Notes: a model not told the origin generated them from the sequence alone. 64,000 bases of DNA from Chlorokybus atmophyticus (GCA_009103225.1 RHPI01002076.1:150205-214204); one strand, 5' to 3'. Shown: positions 13,521 to 26,341, counted from the first letter of the stretch. Numbers and translations: made by a program.

Positions 13521-14523
13521 GGAGGGAGCTCTGCTTCTCGAAAGGAATCAGGATCCCAGGACGCTCATGACGTCCCAAAGTACTGCGACGTTGAACTCAT
13601 GGTGCAAGGTAGCGTCTCTTCAACACACGGTTGCTGCATTTGTCTTTTCTTTTCTGTTTTGCGTGTTGCTACACATATCAGTCGCGTGCTAGCAGTCAGC
13701 GCTGACTCCGCAGTAGTAGCCTGAGTGGGCTACTCGGTTATAGGCTAGTAGGCTACCAGGATACTACTCGCATAGAGATGGTGTGTGCCTTCGCTGCCTT
13801 TGGCGAGCATTACTTCTGTGATAGCACATGTTCTTGCTAATCCCCCTTGCACGCTTACACAGCAATCGCTGCCTCACTCAGGCCAGAAGTTTCATACCAA
13901 TCGGTGGCTACTCGCCAGTCACAGCAGCGTGCTGAAGGACTTGCTGGAGTCAACAAACAACACTACTTTAACTCTAGCTGACGACAAGGCGGAGACCATG
14001 CAGCAGTTTTTGCGACAGCTGTGCCCAATGACACTGACAGACCAGAAGATAGACTCCATTGTAAGTCTGGGCTAAGGCCGACATGCACATGCACAAGCAG
14101 TCCTCGCTAAGTCAAACTCTATCGGTTGATGCTCTGATTTAGGCAATCACCTCAGGAGGCTCCCGTGCCTGTTTGCAGGACGAAGCGGCTGAACTGCTGG
14201 AGTTGGCGAGGAAATACGATGTGAAGATATTGAATGAGCGTTGTGAGAGCTTTTGCATTGAGCAAACCAAAACGTCACAGCTGACATGCTTGGCAAGGAT
14301 GGCTGTGCTGGCAGACACATACAAATTGCAGAGCCTTCGCCAGCACGTCATTCCCAAGCTGCAGTTGCCTAACAGCATGGATGGGTTGAAGAAGGAACTC
14401 CTGCGTGACTGTGGCATGGATACGGTGCTCGAGGTCATGTTTCATCACGCTGCCAGAGAGCGGGAGCACAGCCGATCCTTAAGGAAGGAATTGTCGCACT
14501 TGCATTCTGGAGGTTACGACTGA
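13521..14523 (+). CDS. BTB/POZ-domain protein, copy 2 (likely CUL3 adaptor); N-terminus unresolved
   Basis: Exons ~13521-13608, 13882-14060 and 14179-14523 have compatible phases and GT/AG borders. Protein: YCDVELMVQG/QKFHTNRWLLASHSSVLKDLLES...DDKAETMQQFLRQLCP.../DEAAELLELARKYDVKILNERCE...*. This fits the BTB consensus, with no internal stops. Confidence 0.8.
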
Positions 14524-14951
14524 CCAGCTCAACTTGACGCAGTGGAACACAGCCATGGAAGGAGTTAGGAACTCTAGTCGTTGGCTTTGACAACTACAAG
14601 TAACCTGAAACGTGATGTGTCGTAGGTGTGTATGTGTGTTGCATGCCCGCCCTTCGGGCGCAATTGTTGCAAGCATTCGTTCACCTGCCTGCTACAAACA
14701 CTGGCAAAGCATCATCGCCGCAGGTAAGCACCAAATACCTTGCATTTTCCACCACAACCACCACTGCAATCAGCAGCCTGCTGAGCTTGCTGCCCTCCTC
14801 CAAATCTACTGGCTGGCTGGCAGCGAGTTGGCAACATGCTAAAGAGTTACGTGGTAACAGCAGGCAGCGACTCAGGCAGGCTGTTGTCTCTGTTGACAGA
14901 ACTTTTCGTTGCGTCTCAAGTTTGCACTCGTACTTTGTGGCGTCTGGGAGG

Positions 14952-14973
14952 GAGCGAGAGCGAGAGCGAGAGC

Positions 14974-15004
<31 letters not shown>

Positions 15005-15006
15005 CG

Positions 15007-15094
<88 letters not shown>

Positions 15095-15198
15095 NNNNNN
15101 NNNNNNNNNNNNNNNNNNNNNNNNNNNNNNNNNNNNNNNNNNNNNNNNNNNNNNNNNNNNNNNNNNNNNNNNNNNNNNNNNNNNNNNNNNNNNNNNNN

Positions 15199-15252
<54 letters not shown>
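14952..15252. repeat. (AG)n/(GAGAGC)n microsatellite containing an N-gap (15095-15198)
   Basis: Directly visible in the sequence. Confidence 0.95.
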
Positions 15253-15255
<3 letters not shown>

Positions 15256-15429
15256 TGCAACCTCAGTCTGTGCATGAGTCGTGCACAGACTTACCCCCAC
15301 CGAGTGATCAGTGGGGACATGATGTGGATCACCATTCAGTGCCATGCGCTATCTGTATATTTAGGGCTGTATCTCAGACGCGCCATAGCATTGGCACTAG
15401 CACGGCAACTCGTTGGCTTAGTAGTATGG

Positions 15430-15950
15430 CAGGACGTCTTGAGGAGCGGTCAGGGCAGTAGTGGTAAGCCTCTAATCAAGCTGCGGATTCAAGCATCCAC
15501 AAACACAGCGCCCATCAGACTCACGCTAACCTGTTACCACGTTCTCGCTGGAAGCTGCGCAGCTCCACTGGCTGCATGTGCAAGGGCAACACCTTCCTCA
15601 CCATGCAAGGGTGACTACCGCTACAGTCGAGCCAGTTGCCTGGAACAATTCATCATGTCGCACAATTGCCGTTTCGCCGCTCGCGCCGCTGCTCCCTCAA
15701 CCTATTGCGGCCGCTGCTTCTGCATTTGTAGAGGAATGTCACTCTGCAGGCCTTCTGGTGAAGGATCTATACAACGTGATTTGGGTGAACATGTCGTTAC
15801 ATTGCCAACCAGGACGCAATACGCGTTGCAATGATCCCAAGCCAGCACAGCCTGCTTAAATAGCCAAGGCTGGGGATACCCAGTAGCCTCACGCCATGCT
15901 ATCATGATGTTGCTCCGTCTAGCGTAGTCTACACGTAACCAAGCCTGGGC
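15430..15950 (+). pseudogene. Family Z 3' fragment
   Basis: caccttcctcaccatgcaagggtgactaccgc and agccaaggctgggg are shared with 12.3 kb (+), 28.2 kb (-) and 35.8-36.0 kb (-). Stops are present. Confidence 0.35.
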
Positions 15951-16336
15951 AACGTACAGCATGTGACAAGGACGCATACTACAGTATGGCCATTCTGTGG
16001 TGCACGCCGTCTGACAAGTGATTGTTGCAATGTGTTAGCTAACATGCTGCAAACGAGCCATCGCTATTGCATCTTGTGCGTACGGTATAGTGTGTGTACA
16101 CTGACGCAGGTAACTATCATGGAATATCTACCACAGACAATACCTACCAGCGTGCAGTCCGGCTGGGGAGGGCTTGAGCCTCCCCAGCCGGGGAGCATAC
16201 CAACCACTAGCAACACGTCGTGTGAAGAACCACCACCTATGGTTCTCAAAACTGAGTTGGTCGCCGAGTCATTATACACAATCCTCGGGGAACTTGCAAC
16301 ACTTGCACAAGCTATAAGGTGCTCACAAGCTGTACT

Positions 16337-18890
16337 TCACTCGTCTTCGTGCCGAAACCAGCACCGGTGCGCGCCGTGGCGGCAGGCAGCCAGCGTGCCG
16401 TAGCGGCACATGCGGTCGTAGCGCCGCACTCGCTGTCGCATGTTCAAGTTGTGGTCACCGGCATTACCACCGTGCTGACGTTGTATGTCAACTTGAAACC
16501 TCAGGATGATATCATCATCGTCATCCACCTGTGGCTCAGGCGGCGGGCGCTTGAAAAGTCCGCACTGGCAGCCTGGCCGGCCGTGCTGGTTGTTGGCGTT
16601 GGGACTCTGATTGACATATGCGACGCCGCACTGAACACGCAGACAATAAGTAGTCCAAGTCTGCATGACAACGTGACTCACTTCTAATGTAGGTTGTACG
16701 ATACAACACACGCTCATCATATCAATCAATGCGTGCGCGTGCGTGGATGCTTGAATACTACGCGCATAGTGCGTGCATTGATGTGCATGTGCACGCACAT
16801 CATGTTCGTGCACATGCACACCAACGAACGCACACACTGTGCATGCGCGTACATGCATGCGTGCACAAATCTGGGAACATGTGATGCAATCTGTGTCATG
16901 CAGTGCTTAATAAGCATGCGGTGCGCACCTGATAGCAGAAGGCTGATCTGCAGCGGCACAGCAAGAAGTTGCAGCCGTCAGGGTTCCTTTCCACCATATG
17001 CTTGCAACTCGGACATTGACGCCAATGTTTCTGCTGAGCCAGGTGCAACAGCTGCAAATCTTCTGCCGTCCTGTTTAGAAAACCAAGCAACTTAGAACTG
17101 CTAGATGTTGTGCTCAGCTGTTGTGCTCAGCAAGTGTGTACACAGAGTTATACCTCAGGTGGTCAGGCAGCGCCTGATACTCTTCGCAGGAGTAGCCGGC
17201 GTGCCAGCTGATCCGGCACGAAGCACAAAAAGGGCGGTGGCAGTTGACACAGTTAGTTATGCCTTCCGGGTCAGGAATGTCCATAACAGTATCGCATTGC
17301 GCATACGGGCAGTACACTACGTTCTCCATGCCGGCCTCATCCGCCAGATGTTGGAAGAGAGCCACCTGCTCGGCATCACCTTGAACAATTTCCTGCACAT
17401 CGTCAAGCCCAAAAGCCCACCTGTACAGGTGGTACGCATCTGTGCAGGTACTATGGGACCACATGGATATAGCAACGATACCGCGAAGGATGTTGCTACA
17501 CGCATGCACGCACGCACTTACATGCAACCCGGAATTGCGCATTTGATTGGGTATTTGTGTTGCTTGAGCTCATTGCGGATGTACTCAGCCGCGCAGCAGA
17601 CACAGATGTTGTGTTGGCAGACGCTCGCACGAGCGCTGGTTGAACACTCAGGCATGGCCTCTACATCCAGCGGCAGTGATGGATGGCATGTCCCCTGCAA
17701 ACGACACACGTATTTATGCAAGTTATGACAAGAACAGTGACAATTGTTAGGCGGCATGTGTGAAACACAAAAGAGCTCACCGATGCTGGCACTGATTCAA
17801 GGCAAATCATGCAGTCAGTCAAGTTAGGGTCATCTTCTTCACTTGAGGCCTTCTCCGCGCATGAACCAATTGCTCCCTTGAGCTTGCAATCGTCCAAAAC
17901 CGATGGTTCTGAGATACTTGAACCCACTGCCACACGGAGTTGACGCATGTTGTCAGGAGTTACAACTCCTAACAACTGTACATCAGCTTGTTAACAACCC
18001 GTTCATGTAAGGGCTATATACTAGCCTAGTAGGCTACTAGAACAACATAGTGTGCAGTTCTTATTGTTTTGAGTGTTACCTGTTTTTTCGCCTTCAACTC
18101 CAACCGGCATCGGTCTCATGTAAGTGGCACCACGATCTTGCCACTCGTGCTCGGGAACGGCTGCCAGATACTTGGCGAAATCTTCATCGTGCGCGACAAC
18201 TGTGTGCTGCCTTTGCTCAACTCCTTGCAGCGCCTCTGCCACCTGATGTATGCACAAGCTCATCATGGTGTTGCATGTGCAGCTGATGCAATGGCATGAA
18301 TGAGACTGTATGCTACCTCGCTGTCTCTAATTGCCTGCAGCACTTGAGACAGGGCTTGAATCTGTTCGTCCAGTAAGGATAGGGCAACGTGCCACTCCGA
18401 AAGCTCCAGTGTTGCTGGCGCAACAGTCTTTTCACGTGCTGGCTGACTGCAGCTGCTGGTGACAAGTTTGGCTGCCGAGAAATGTCAGTAGTGAGCATAC
18501 TATGCTCACTAGGCATGCATAGTATACATGCCTGATGCTTAACAAAAAGGGTGCAGTTAGTGATCTGTGGAGCTGCAGCATGACAGACAAGACGCTCTTG
18601 TACTGAACCACAGCTAGCATGCTGTGCTACATGATACATGACCACGCATGTTGCTACCTATTCAAAGATGCATGCACGCAGCAGGCACCCGCATGCACGC
18701 ATAATTGCAAGGGCTCACCAACGTCTTCTTCTGCCAAATCGCCATAGGGAGAAGCACTGTCTTCAGGCTGAAGTTGAAGGCACAGCGCGAATACAGCGTC
18801 CTGCTCCAACTGCCGCTCCGCATGCAGCTCCTGTAGCTGGATCTCCAAAGCAAGGGCATATGCACCGCCACCAGCTGCCACCGCCATCAT
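16337..18890 (-). CDS. RBR E3 ubiquitin ligase (RING1-IBR-RING2) with N-terminal coiled region and C-terminal CCCH finger, copy A, about 523 aa
   Basis: Eight exons: 18890-18719, 18471-18317, 18242-18080, 17986-17781, 17694-17522, 17420-17154, 17070-16929, 16630-16337. All borders are GT/AG, phases are consistent, and the 1572-nt ORF has no internal stop. RING1: CMIC...CQHNICVCC...CAIPGC. IBR: YCPYAQC...CVNCHRPFCASCRISWHAGYSC. RING2: CPSCKHMVERNPDGCNFLLCRCRSAFCYQCG. Confidence 0.88.
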
Positions 18891-19069
18891 GGACGCTCTT
18901 TGACCGCACCAGCTGGCCACAGCCCAACACACATTCACATGCCTATATAGTACTTACTTTGTACGCTGCTAGCTGAGGTTGATGTATTGTGATGGGCGTC
19001 ATGCTATTATAGCCTCAGAGCGCGCTTAAACTCAAAGCGCTGACAATTGCTAACAATCAGCCGCTAGTC

Positions 19070-19830
19070 ATGTGTGTGAGTGCACCAGTGATGGACCTTG
19101 TCACAACGTGCCTTGCCTGCCGTAGAAAACCGCAAGGGCTGCGATGGCTCCAGCGCCAGCACAGGGCAAGCTCAAGAGAAGCTCGCCTTGCTCCAGCTTA
19201 CGTCTACCGGGGCGTGTGGCCTGGCCTTTTAAAGGCGGTTAGCTTCCAGCCTTTCACTGTAAACCTGGAGGCTATACTACGGTAGTTGCATACTTGAGCA
19301 ACACTGGGCGTGCCATGCGACCAGCCTGAGCCACCGCACAGCTTGTGACTGTGCGGCACATAGCTTGATATAAGACATGGTAATTGAGCACTCGTTTCAA
19401 TGAACGGACTTGAGTTGCTTTCCAGCTGTGCTTACTTCATGCATGAGCCTAGCCCGTACTAGTAGCTTCAGTCTACCGCCTCCCAGGGTATATGCTTGTG
19501 TCACACAGTATGCGCCACTCAGGTCGCAGCGCAACACGAAACCATAATCAGCTACCCCTACTGTACTTGTTGCTGGCCCACCTTGGTGTTTCTTTTGAGC
19601 TGTAACCCGTGTCACCTTCAGTTGTACCAGGCATGTGCAAGCTTGCGCATGCCATGGAGTCTCGTCACAGAGGTGAAAGCTTGATGCACCCGCATTGAGC
19701 CGCAGGGCATGGTCTCCCACGCACGCCTGCCCCTCGGCCTCAAAAGCACTCGCGACGACACACCAGCGAGCCAAGACGGTCGCCGCCGCCGCCGCCACCA
19801 CCCAGCATGCTGCACCACACAAACATGGCA
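19070..19830 (-). other. Conserved module upstream of RBR copy A (unknown, disrupted coding remnant)
   Basis: Homologous to 26480-27000 (-) and 32330-32770 (+). The shared reading is GQACVxDHALRLxAG...EETP...ACTCLVQ. Confidence 0.45.
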
Positions 19831-20327
19831 GTGCCCCGTCCGGGGGCGACAGTAGCAGTGACTGACTCCAAAACCATGGGCCATCCAGTGGAGTCATTGC
19901 TACTGTCACTGATGGGCATCCAGCAGGCTGAACTCTGTCGTCGGTGTTCCCTTTCTCCTAGTCAGGAGCAACAGCGTGCGTGGGTTTTATACTCACCAAA
20001 GAAAGAAACGCCTATGAAGGCGCAGCTGATCTGAGCTGAGGTGAGTTGAGCACTGCTGGCAGTGTGGAGATACTGCACCGCAGCTACAGGGAGGTGCAGT
20101 TCAGCAAAAAATGGTTGAGCAATCTTGAATTTGAAGGTGAGCGACAGTGGGTGTGTGAACCCTAGCATCATATAGAGACGGCCTCAGGGCATGCTTTCGC
20201 TGCTCTGCTCATGAGCAACTGGTGCTGCTAATACATATCAATGAGTGAGGTGTACTGCACGGAGGTGTTGAGATCTTGGGCTGAAATTGTACCACAAAAG
20301 TACATCAACACTGACGCAAACCTAATT

Positions 20328-20364
20328 TGTGCTATTGCTGCTACTCAGTAGCAGCAATAGCACA
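20328..20364. repeat. Perfect 18-bp inverted repeat with 1-nt loop
   Basis: TGTGCTATTGCTGCTACT-C-AGTAGCAGCAATAGCACA. Confidence 0.9.
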
Positions 20365-20819
20365 CTCTAGGTCGAAGGCTTGGAGGCTTCAAGTACAGGC
20401 CATTCGTGGTAGCAGCAGGAGTGACTAACATCAAGTCGTGAGGTCAAGTAGGAATGAAAGATCAAGGTTAAGAAGGCGGATGACGATTCTACTTATCCTC
20501 TTATGTTCAACGTTTGTGCCAGGTACATGTGTGCCAACATTAGTATGCAATCAATGTGGTAGGTGTGCACGCGGAATCAAAGAGGTTGAACCGCTGGTAC
20601 CACCGAGGTGTGAGCTCATGCATATATATACCACACCTCGCACGTGCCCATGCCAGCCTCTGTGCTTTGCGCATGCCCATGCCATGCCAATCGACACAGC
20701 GTACGCTACTGAGGGCAAATGTAAACATAACGCCTGAAAGTAACTCTGCTTGCCCAGTGCCGGCAGCAGTGCAGCCAGCAGTTGCTGCCCATGGCCTATG
20801 AGGTTGACAATCGACGGAG

Positions 20820-22640
20820 ATGCTGCAGGTGCTGCGCCTGTGGCTGGTGATATATAAATTCTATTATGAGTATACCCATACCGTATGGGTTTGCTGTACG
20901 TATGTGACATACGTACAGCAAAGCATGATAATCTTGCTGCACTGCAGGAAGATGTGATATGTTGCAACATACTGCTGTAAAAAGTTGGTGGAAGGGGTGG
21001 ATTCTGCCAGCCCAAGATGTGTTTCAAAGCAAGTTGCATCGCAGGTGCTGGTTGTGTGACAGCTATACTGACAGCTTGGGAGTGACTGAGCGTGCAGTTG
21101 GTGGTATTGCCAATACCAGTGGTGGCTGCCACAACTGGAAAACACGGTAGTGTGGTTTGCTGATGGCTTCCTTTGTGTTTAGCCTCAAGCTAGCCTCCCT
21201 GGCGTTTTGAAGCTGTTTGCTATGTAAACACCGTGGTTGCCAACTACGTGTCTAGTAGATGGTCTGCTAGACAATCAAGTGTTCTGGTTGTCCTCTGCAT
21301 AGTTGGCTGTACTCAGGGTGATGCAATATAAGAAAGGGTTATGGCACGTCTCTACACACCGTGCGACACGCGCACAAACAAGCGCGTATACACATTGAAT
21401 GTGCGTGCACGCGATGTGCATACAATGTGGCGTGCATTGGCGCATGCATTTGTATGCATGTCACTTGCATGCATGTGCGTGTACTACATGGCAGTGCGTG
21501 CAGGTCTGTGTGCTCGTGCGTGCGGGCCTGCATGCATAAGCGCACTCCCATGCACACGGGTGTGTGCCGTAATGTGCATATGTGTGCCAGTGCACACTCC
21601 GATTGTGAAGTTGTCACAGGCGCACATAGCGTATGTGTGCTTATTGCGAAGGGCCCAGGAGCATGCGCGCGTGATTATGCTCGCCCAAGTGCGTACACAC
21701 TTGCATGCTTTGCAATTTTGCACACTGCATGCGTGCGCATGTTGTACGCGTGTTCATGTGCTTATGGGCGCATACAGGCAGTGCCTGTGTGTGCATGCAT
21801 GCGTGCGCATGTGCGTGTGCATTTGTGCACCTTCATGCTTGGGCCCGTGTGTGCGCATAATCAGCGATGTAACCCACAGGCGAGAAACGTATATATGTTC
21901 GCGCAGAGGCACGCATGCACGCACACAAGCGTGCGCGTGCACACACACACACACACATACACACACACTGGCTGTACATGTATCCTTTACCTGGAGTAGT
22001 CAATACATGAAACCTTCTTGTGTAAACCTGCACGTACTCCTGCTCAGCACAACCTGCTTAGCACAATACTCACGCCTTCTAGAAACACCATATGTGTGTG
22101 CACATACACGTGCGTATATCATGATGGAGGCAGCATCATCTTGCTGCTACATGCATGCTGCTTAATCATGCTGGTATCTCCGTGGTTGAGCATGCGCACA
22201 TTCGCATGCTCACACCTGCACACCTGTGTTAGTCCGCACAGCACATTCTATCTGTGTTTGTGTAGGCTACACAGAGCTGCCAGCATAGAGCATGCCACAG
22301 TCAGTGTGCTGTCCGCACTGCATAGTACTGCAGCATTCTTGCTGGCAACAAGCGCTGCGTGCATGACGTTTGTATTCAATAATGCAGAGACACATTGCAG
22401 TATGCTTCTAGCTGGCATGCCAAGTACCAAGGTTGCATGCGCAGCACCTGTGAAGTTGAAACTCAAGGTATGGCTGTTCAGACGAGGAACTTGCTGCTCA
22501 GACATGTTTGCTGTTGTCAACTTGTCGCATGGTGCACGTGATAGGGAGCCAAGGAACCCGATGCCTTCGTCATGAAAGACATCTTGTGTATACCTATTGA
22601 TGAACTCAAGCGAACTCGCAAGCTAATTGGGCAGGGTACA
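20820..22640. repeat. Duplicated block Y (direct paralog at 29440-32110)
   Basis: Shared runs include ggtgctgcgcctgtggc, aaaccttcttgtgtaa, gcagcattcttgctggcaacaagc and aagacatcttgt, in the same order in both copies. Confidence 0.75.
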
Positions 22641-22788
22641 TGCCAATGTCAGTGGAGTTGCCTGCATGTCCACATGACTCGCAGGGACCCCCCTGTGATG
22701 CAGTCAACTCGGAACCGATCAATGGGAGCTGAAGTACACAATGTGCAGAATGTCTGAGCACAGCGACGGTCTTGGATGAGTCACTCAC

Positions 22789-22841
22789 CAATCAGCCTTC
22801 CCACCATTTCCATGGCATTGAAATGGTGGGAAGGCTGATTG
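22789..22841. repeat. Perfect 22-bp inverted repeat with 9-nt loop
   Basis: CAATCAGCCTTCCCACCATTTC-CATGGCATT-GAAATGGTGGGAAGGCTGATTG. Confidence 0.92.
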
Positions 22842-23979
22842 TGTAGGGAAGTGGTATTTGTCTTCGTGTGGTGAGCTAGTTATGAAGTGTACATCAAATG
22901 CAGGACATGCATGTGGGTGTTGAACTCGCGTGCGGCATGCACTTGACACTATGCATGACATGACATGCGTGTGACACTTTGTATGCGACTAATCGGGGAT
23001 CCTATCTTTTTATACACACACACACGCGGGAGTCCGCTGGTCGTTGTGGTCGTGATGATGTTCCTGGTCAAGGCTGACGCTGCCGGCCATGTGACAGGTA
23101 CTCTGGCTGTGGGAACTACTTGGGGGTCATGCATGTAGGGATGGCCCATCGTAGCGGTAGAACCAGCACATAGCCTGGCGGTCATAAAGGTGGTGTGTTG
23201 ATGGCTGCATGCTGCGATGTGATAAGCTGATTGCAACTATGCTTTTGCTGTGCAAGAATGATACAATGGACCGCATGCAACGAGATGCTAGCAAGCGTAG
23301 CTGCCTACCCAATACACGCACATGCCTAGACATTCACGCACTTTGTGTCTGCATGCGCAGTCCGTCCCTACCTTGACAAAACGTCCGACATGGCAAGGTA
23401 CTCGCTAAGGCGGTGACGGCCACAGCAATTTGGTTCATGTAGTTGTGGCGCAATTATGGTACACTTCTTGTCTCATTATTACGTACAACATGTTATACGG
23501 GCGAGGCCTTTGTTGCACATCATGGCCGGCTGGGATCGCTCACACGCAGGCTGGCATTACAAATGCAACGGCTTCAACACGCGTACAACTGATCTCCACG
23601 ACATGTGCTGATTCCAATTGGCACGTGTCATCATGGTTATTTTCACGTTAGCTTAAATAGTCTCTGGCAAATTGTTGGCCCTCTCCAGAAGATGTGTGTT
23701 TGGGGACCGACACTGTGCAGTACCCCACCCACATCATGTCATCATGTGTTCATCAGTGAGAAGGACTAGGCAGCGGTGTTGTTTCGGTCAGGCTTGGTAA
23801 TGCACAAGCTGCCTGCTACTTTCATGCCAACTAGGCCCTACTAGTGCCTAGTTAGCATGACACTGCCTTGTGTTGCAGCTGTCTAGTGGACAGCTGCGAC
23901 ACAGTGCCAGTCCCTTAGTACACCCAACAAACTGTCGTTTATGCAAGTGAAGTAGCTAGCTAGGGAAGGTGCTCACAGG

Positions 23980-26341
23980 CTAGACATCTGGTTCATCTTC
24001 ATGGCGAAACCAGCAGCGGTGCATGCCGTAGCGGCAGGCATCTAGATTGCCATAGCGGCACATGCGGTTGTAGCGACGCACTCGCTGTCGAAGGTCCACC
24101 AGCACGTTGTGGGCATCGGCATTTCCAGCGCCGTCATCATCCTCTAACGCCTGCGGGTCAGGCGGCGGGCGGTCGAAAAGTCCACACTGGCAGCCTGGCC
24201 TGCCGTGCTGGTTGTTGGCATTGGCATCCAGATTGATGTACGCGACACCGCACTGAGCATGTAGTAATGAGTTGGCAGCTACATCTTAGCAGATCTCATG
24301 ATGCGTGTCGTTGTGTGTGCATGTGCGCATGCATTAGTGGGTGCACAAGTACATGCGTCCGTGCGTGCGTGTGGGAATCTATCCTCTGGCCATGCAGAAT
24401 TTAGTACACTGCATCGCTGCAGCAGACACCTGATAGCAGAATGCTGACTTGCAGCGGCACATCATGAAGTTGCAGCCGTCCAGGTTCCTCTCCACCATGT
24501 GCTTGCAGTTTGGACAGCGACGCCAAAGTTTTTGCTGAGCCAGGCGCAACACCTGCAGATCTTCTGCAGTTCTGTTCGCAGACCCAACAACTTAACACAA
24601 CAGTCAGCAATGCTAACTGTTGTGTTAACACATACACATGTTGTGACACCTTGAATGGTCAGGCAGCGCCTGGTACTCCTCGCACGAGTAGCCAGCGTGC
24701 CAGGCAGTTTGGCATGTAGCGCAGAAAGGGCGGTGGCAGTTGAAACAGTCAGTCTTGCTTTTGGGGTTGGGTATGTCCATGACGGCCTCGCACTGTGCGT
24801 GCGGGCAGTACACTCTGTTCTTCATGCCAGCCTCCACTGCCAGACGCTGGACGAGAGCCAACCGCTTGGCATCATGTCGAATAACCTTGTTCACATCCTC
24901 AAGACCAAAAGCCCACCTGTACAGGTGGTCAACATGTGCGTACCATGAGACCACAACAGGCGACTAACGTTTGAATGTTGCCTGATTGTTTACACGAGCA
25001 AGCAGTGTAAGTGACTTACTTGCAACCCGGGTGCGCGCATGTGATGGGATACTTGTGTTCATCAAGCTCGATGCGGATGTACTCGGCAACGCACATGGAA
25101 CAGATGTTGTGCTTGCAGCCGCCGGCGCTGCTTGCACGGGCGCTGGTTGAGCACTTGGGCACAGCCGCAATGTCCAGCGGCAACGATGGATGGCAAGTCT
25201 CCTGCAAACCCCAAATATACTTGGGCAGGTATGAGAACAGTTCAACTAGTATGTACAGTGTTTCAAACAACGACAAAGCTCACCGTCAGTGGCACTGATT
25301 CAAGACAAATCATGCAGTCAATCAAGGCCTTTTCCGCGCACAAGCCAACCACTCCCTTACGTTTTTTCAACGGCGATGCCTCTGCCAGAGCCAGTGACAG
25401 AGCCAGTCAGACTCAATGAAAACCACTGCCATAAAGAATGCACCCATCTTATCGGGAGTTTAGCAAAGTTTTGAAACAGCTACGACTGATATTGTGTTGG
25501 TATTGTTCGGGTGTTACCAGTTTCTTCGCCTCCAGACGGTATTGGTCTGGAATAAGTATTGCCATGAACCCGCCACTCATGCTCGGGAACAGCTGCTAAA
25601 TACTTGGCGAACTCAGCGTCGTGCGCGACAACTGTGCGCTGCCTTTCCTCAACCTCATGCATAGCCACTGCCACCTGATGTACGCACCACTTCGGAGTGC
25701 GCTGTTGCTTCTGCAGCGCATGCATATGCATGCACAACACTTTTTCCACAATAATACGCTACCTCGCTGTCCTTGATTGCCTGCTGCACTTGACTTAGGG
25801 CTTGGATCTGTTCGTCAAGCAAGGACAGGGCCTCGTTGCACTCCGACAGCTGCAGTGTTGGCGCAACACTGCAGCCGCTGCTGGTGACATCTTTAGCTGC
25901 CCAGGTATGTCAGTAGCGTACACATGCCAGGTTACCTCTAACAGTACTTTCAGTGACCAATGGAACTCCAAGTGCACCATGAAAGACAATAGGCCGCATG
26001 TTGTCTGTCATGCTGGAGGCAGGCAGGAAGATGCCGGGTTATAGTTCAGTACAAGCCGGGATTTTATTGAACTACAACTTGCTGTGCTACCTGAAACCAT
26101 GAGCCCAAGTTGTTATCTCCTCAAAACTGCTTGCGTGCCTGCGCAGTTCAAGGAGCTCACCGCCAGCGTCTTCCGCTGCTGACTCGCAGTCATAGGGTGG
26201 ATCAGCGTCGTCAGGCTGCAGTTGAAGGCACAGCGCCAAGGCAGCGTCCTGCTCCAGCTGCCGCTGCGCATGGAGCTCCTGCAGCTGGAGCTCCAAAGCA
26301 AGCGCATATGCATCGCCACCATCGCCATCTACCGCCATCAT
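23980..26341 (-). CDS. RBR E3 ubiquitin ligase with C-terminal CCCH finger, copy B, about 477 aa
   Basis: Eight exons: 26341-26161, 25896-25763, 25674-25518, 25381-25284, 25201-25020, 24916-24650, 24571-24430, 24252-23980. Phases are consistent (1434 nt). The frame is open only if exon 4 uses the downstream acceptor ctggcag at 25382. It has the same RING1/IBR/RING2 motifs as copy A plus CRYGNLDACRYGMHRCWFRH. Confidence 0.8.

Noticed and set aside
16159-16210. Helitron 3' end (hairpin followed by CTAG)
   Set aside because: The CTAG is followed by C rather than T, and I could not identify a matching 5' TC terminus or Rep/helicase remnant.
21341-22165. Long Cys/His/Ala/Val-rich ORFs (also 4412-4951, 11042-11481, 29531-30342, 42697-43212)
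   Set aside because: They arise from stop-poor CA/TG/GC low-complexity intron-like DNA and contain no domain motifs.
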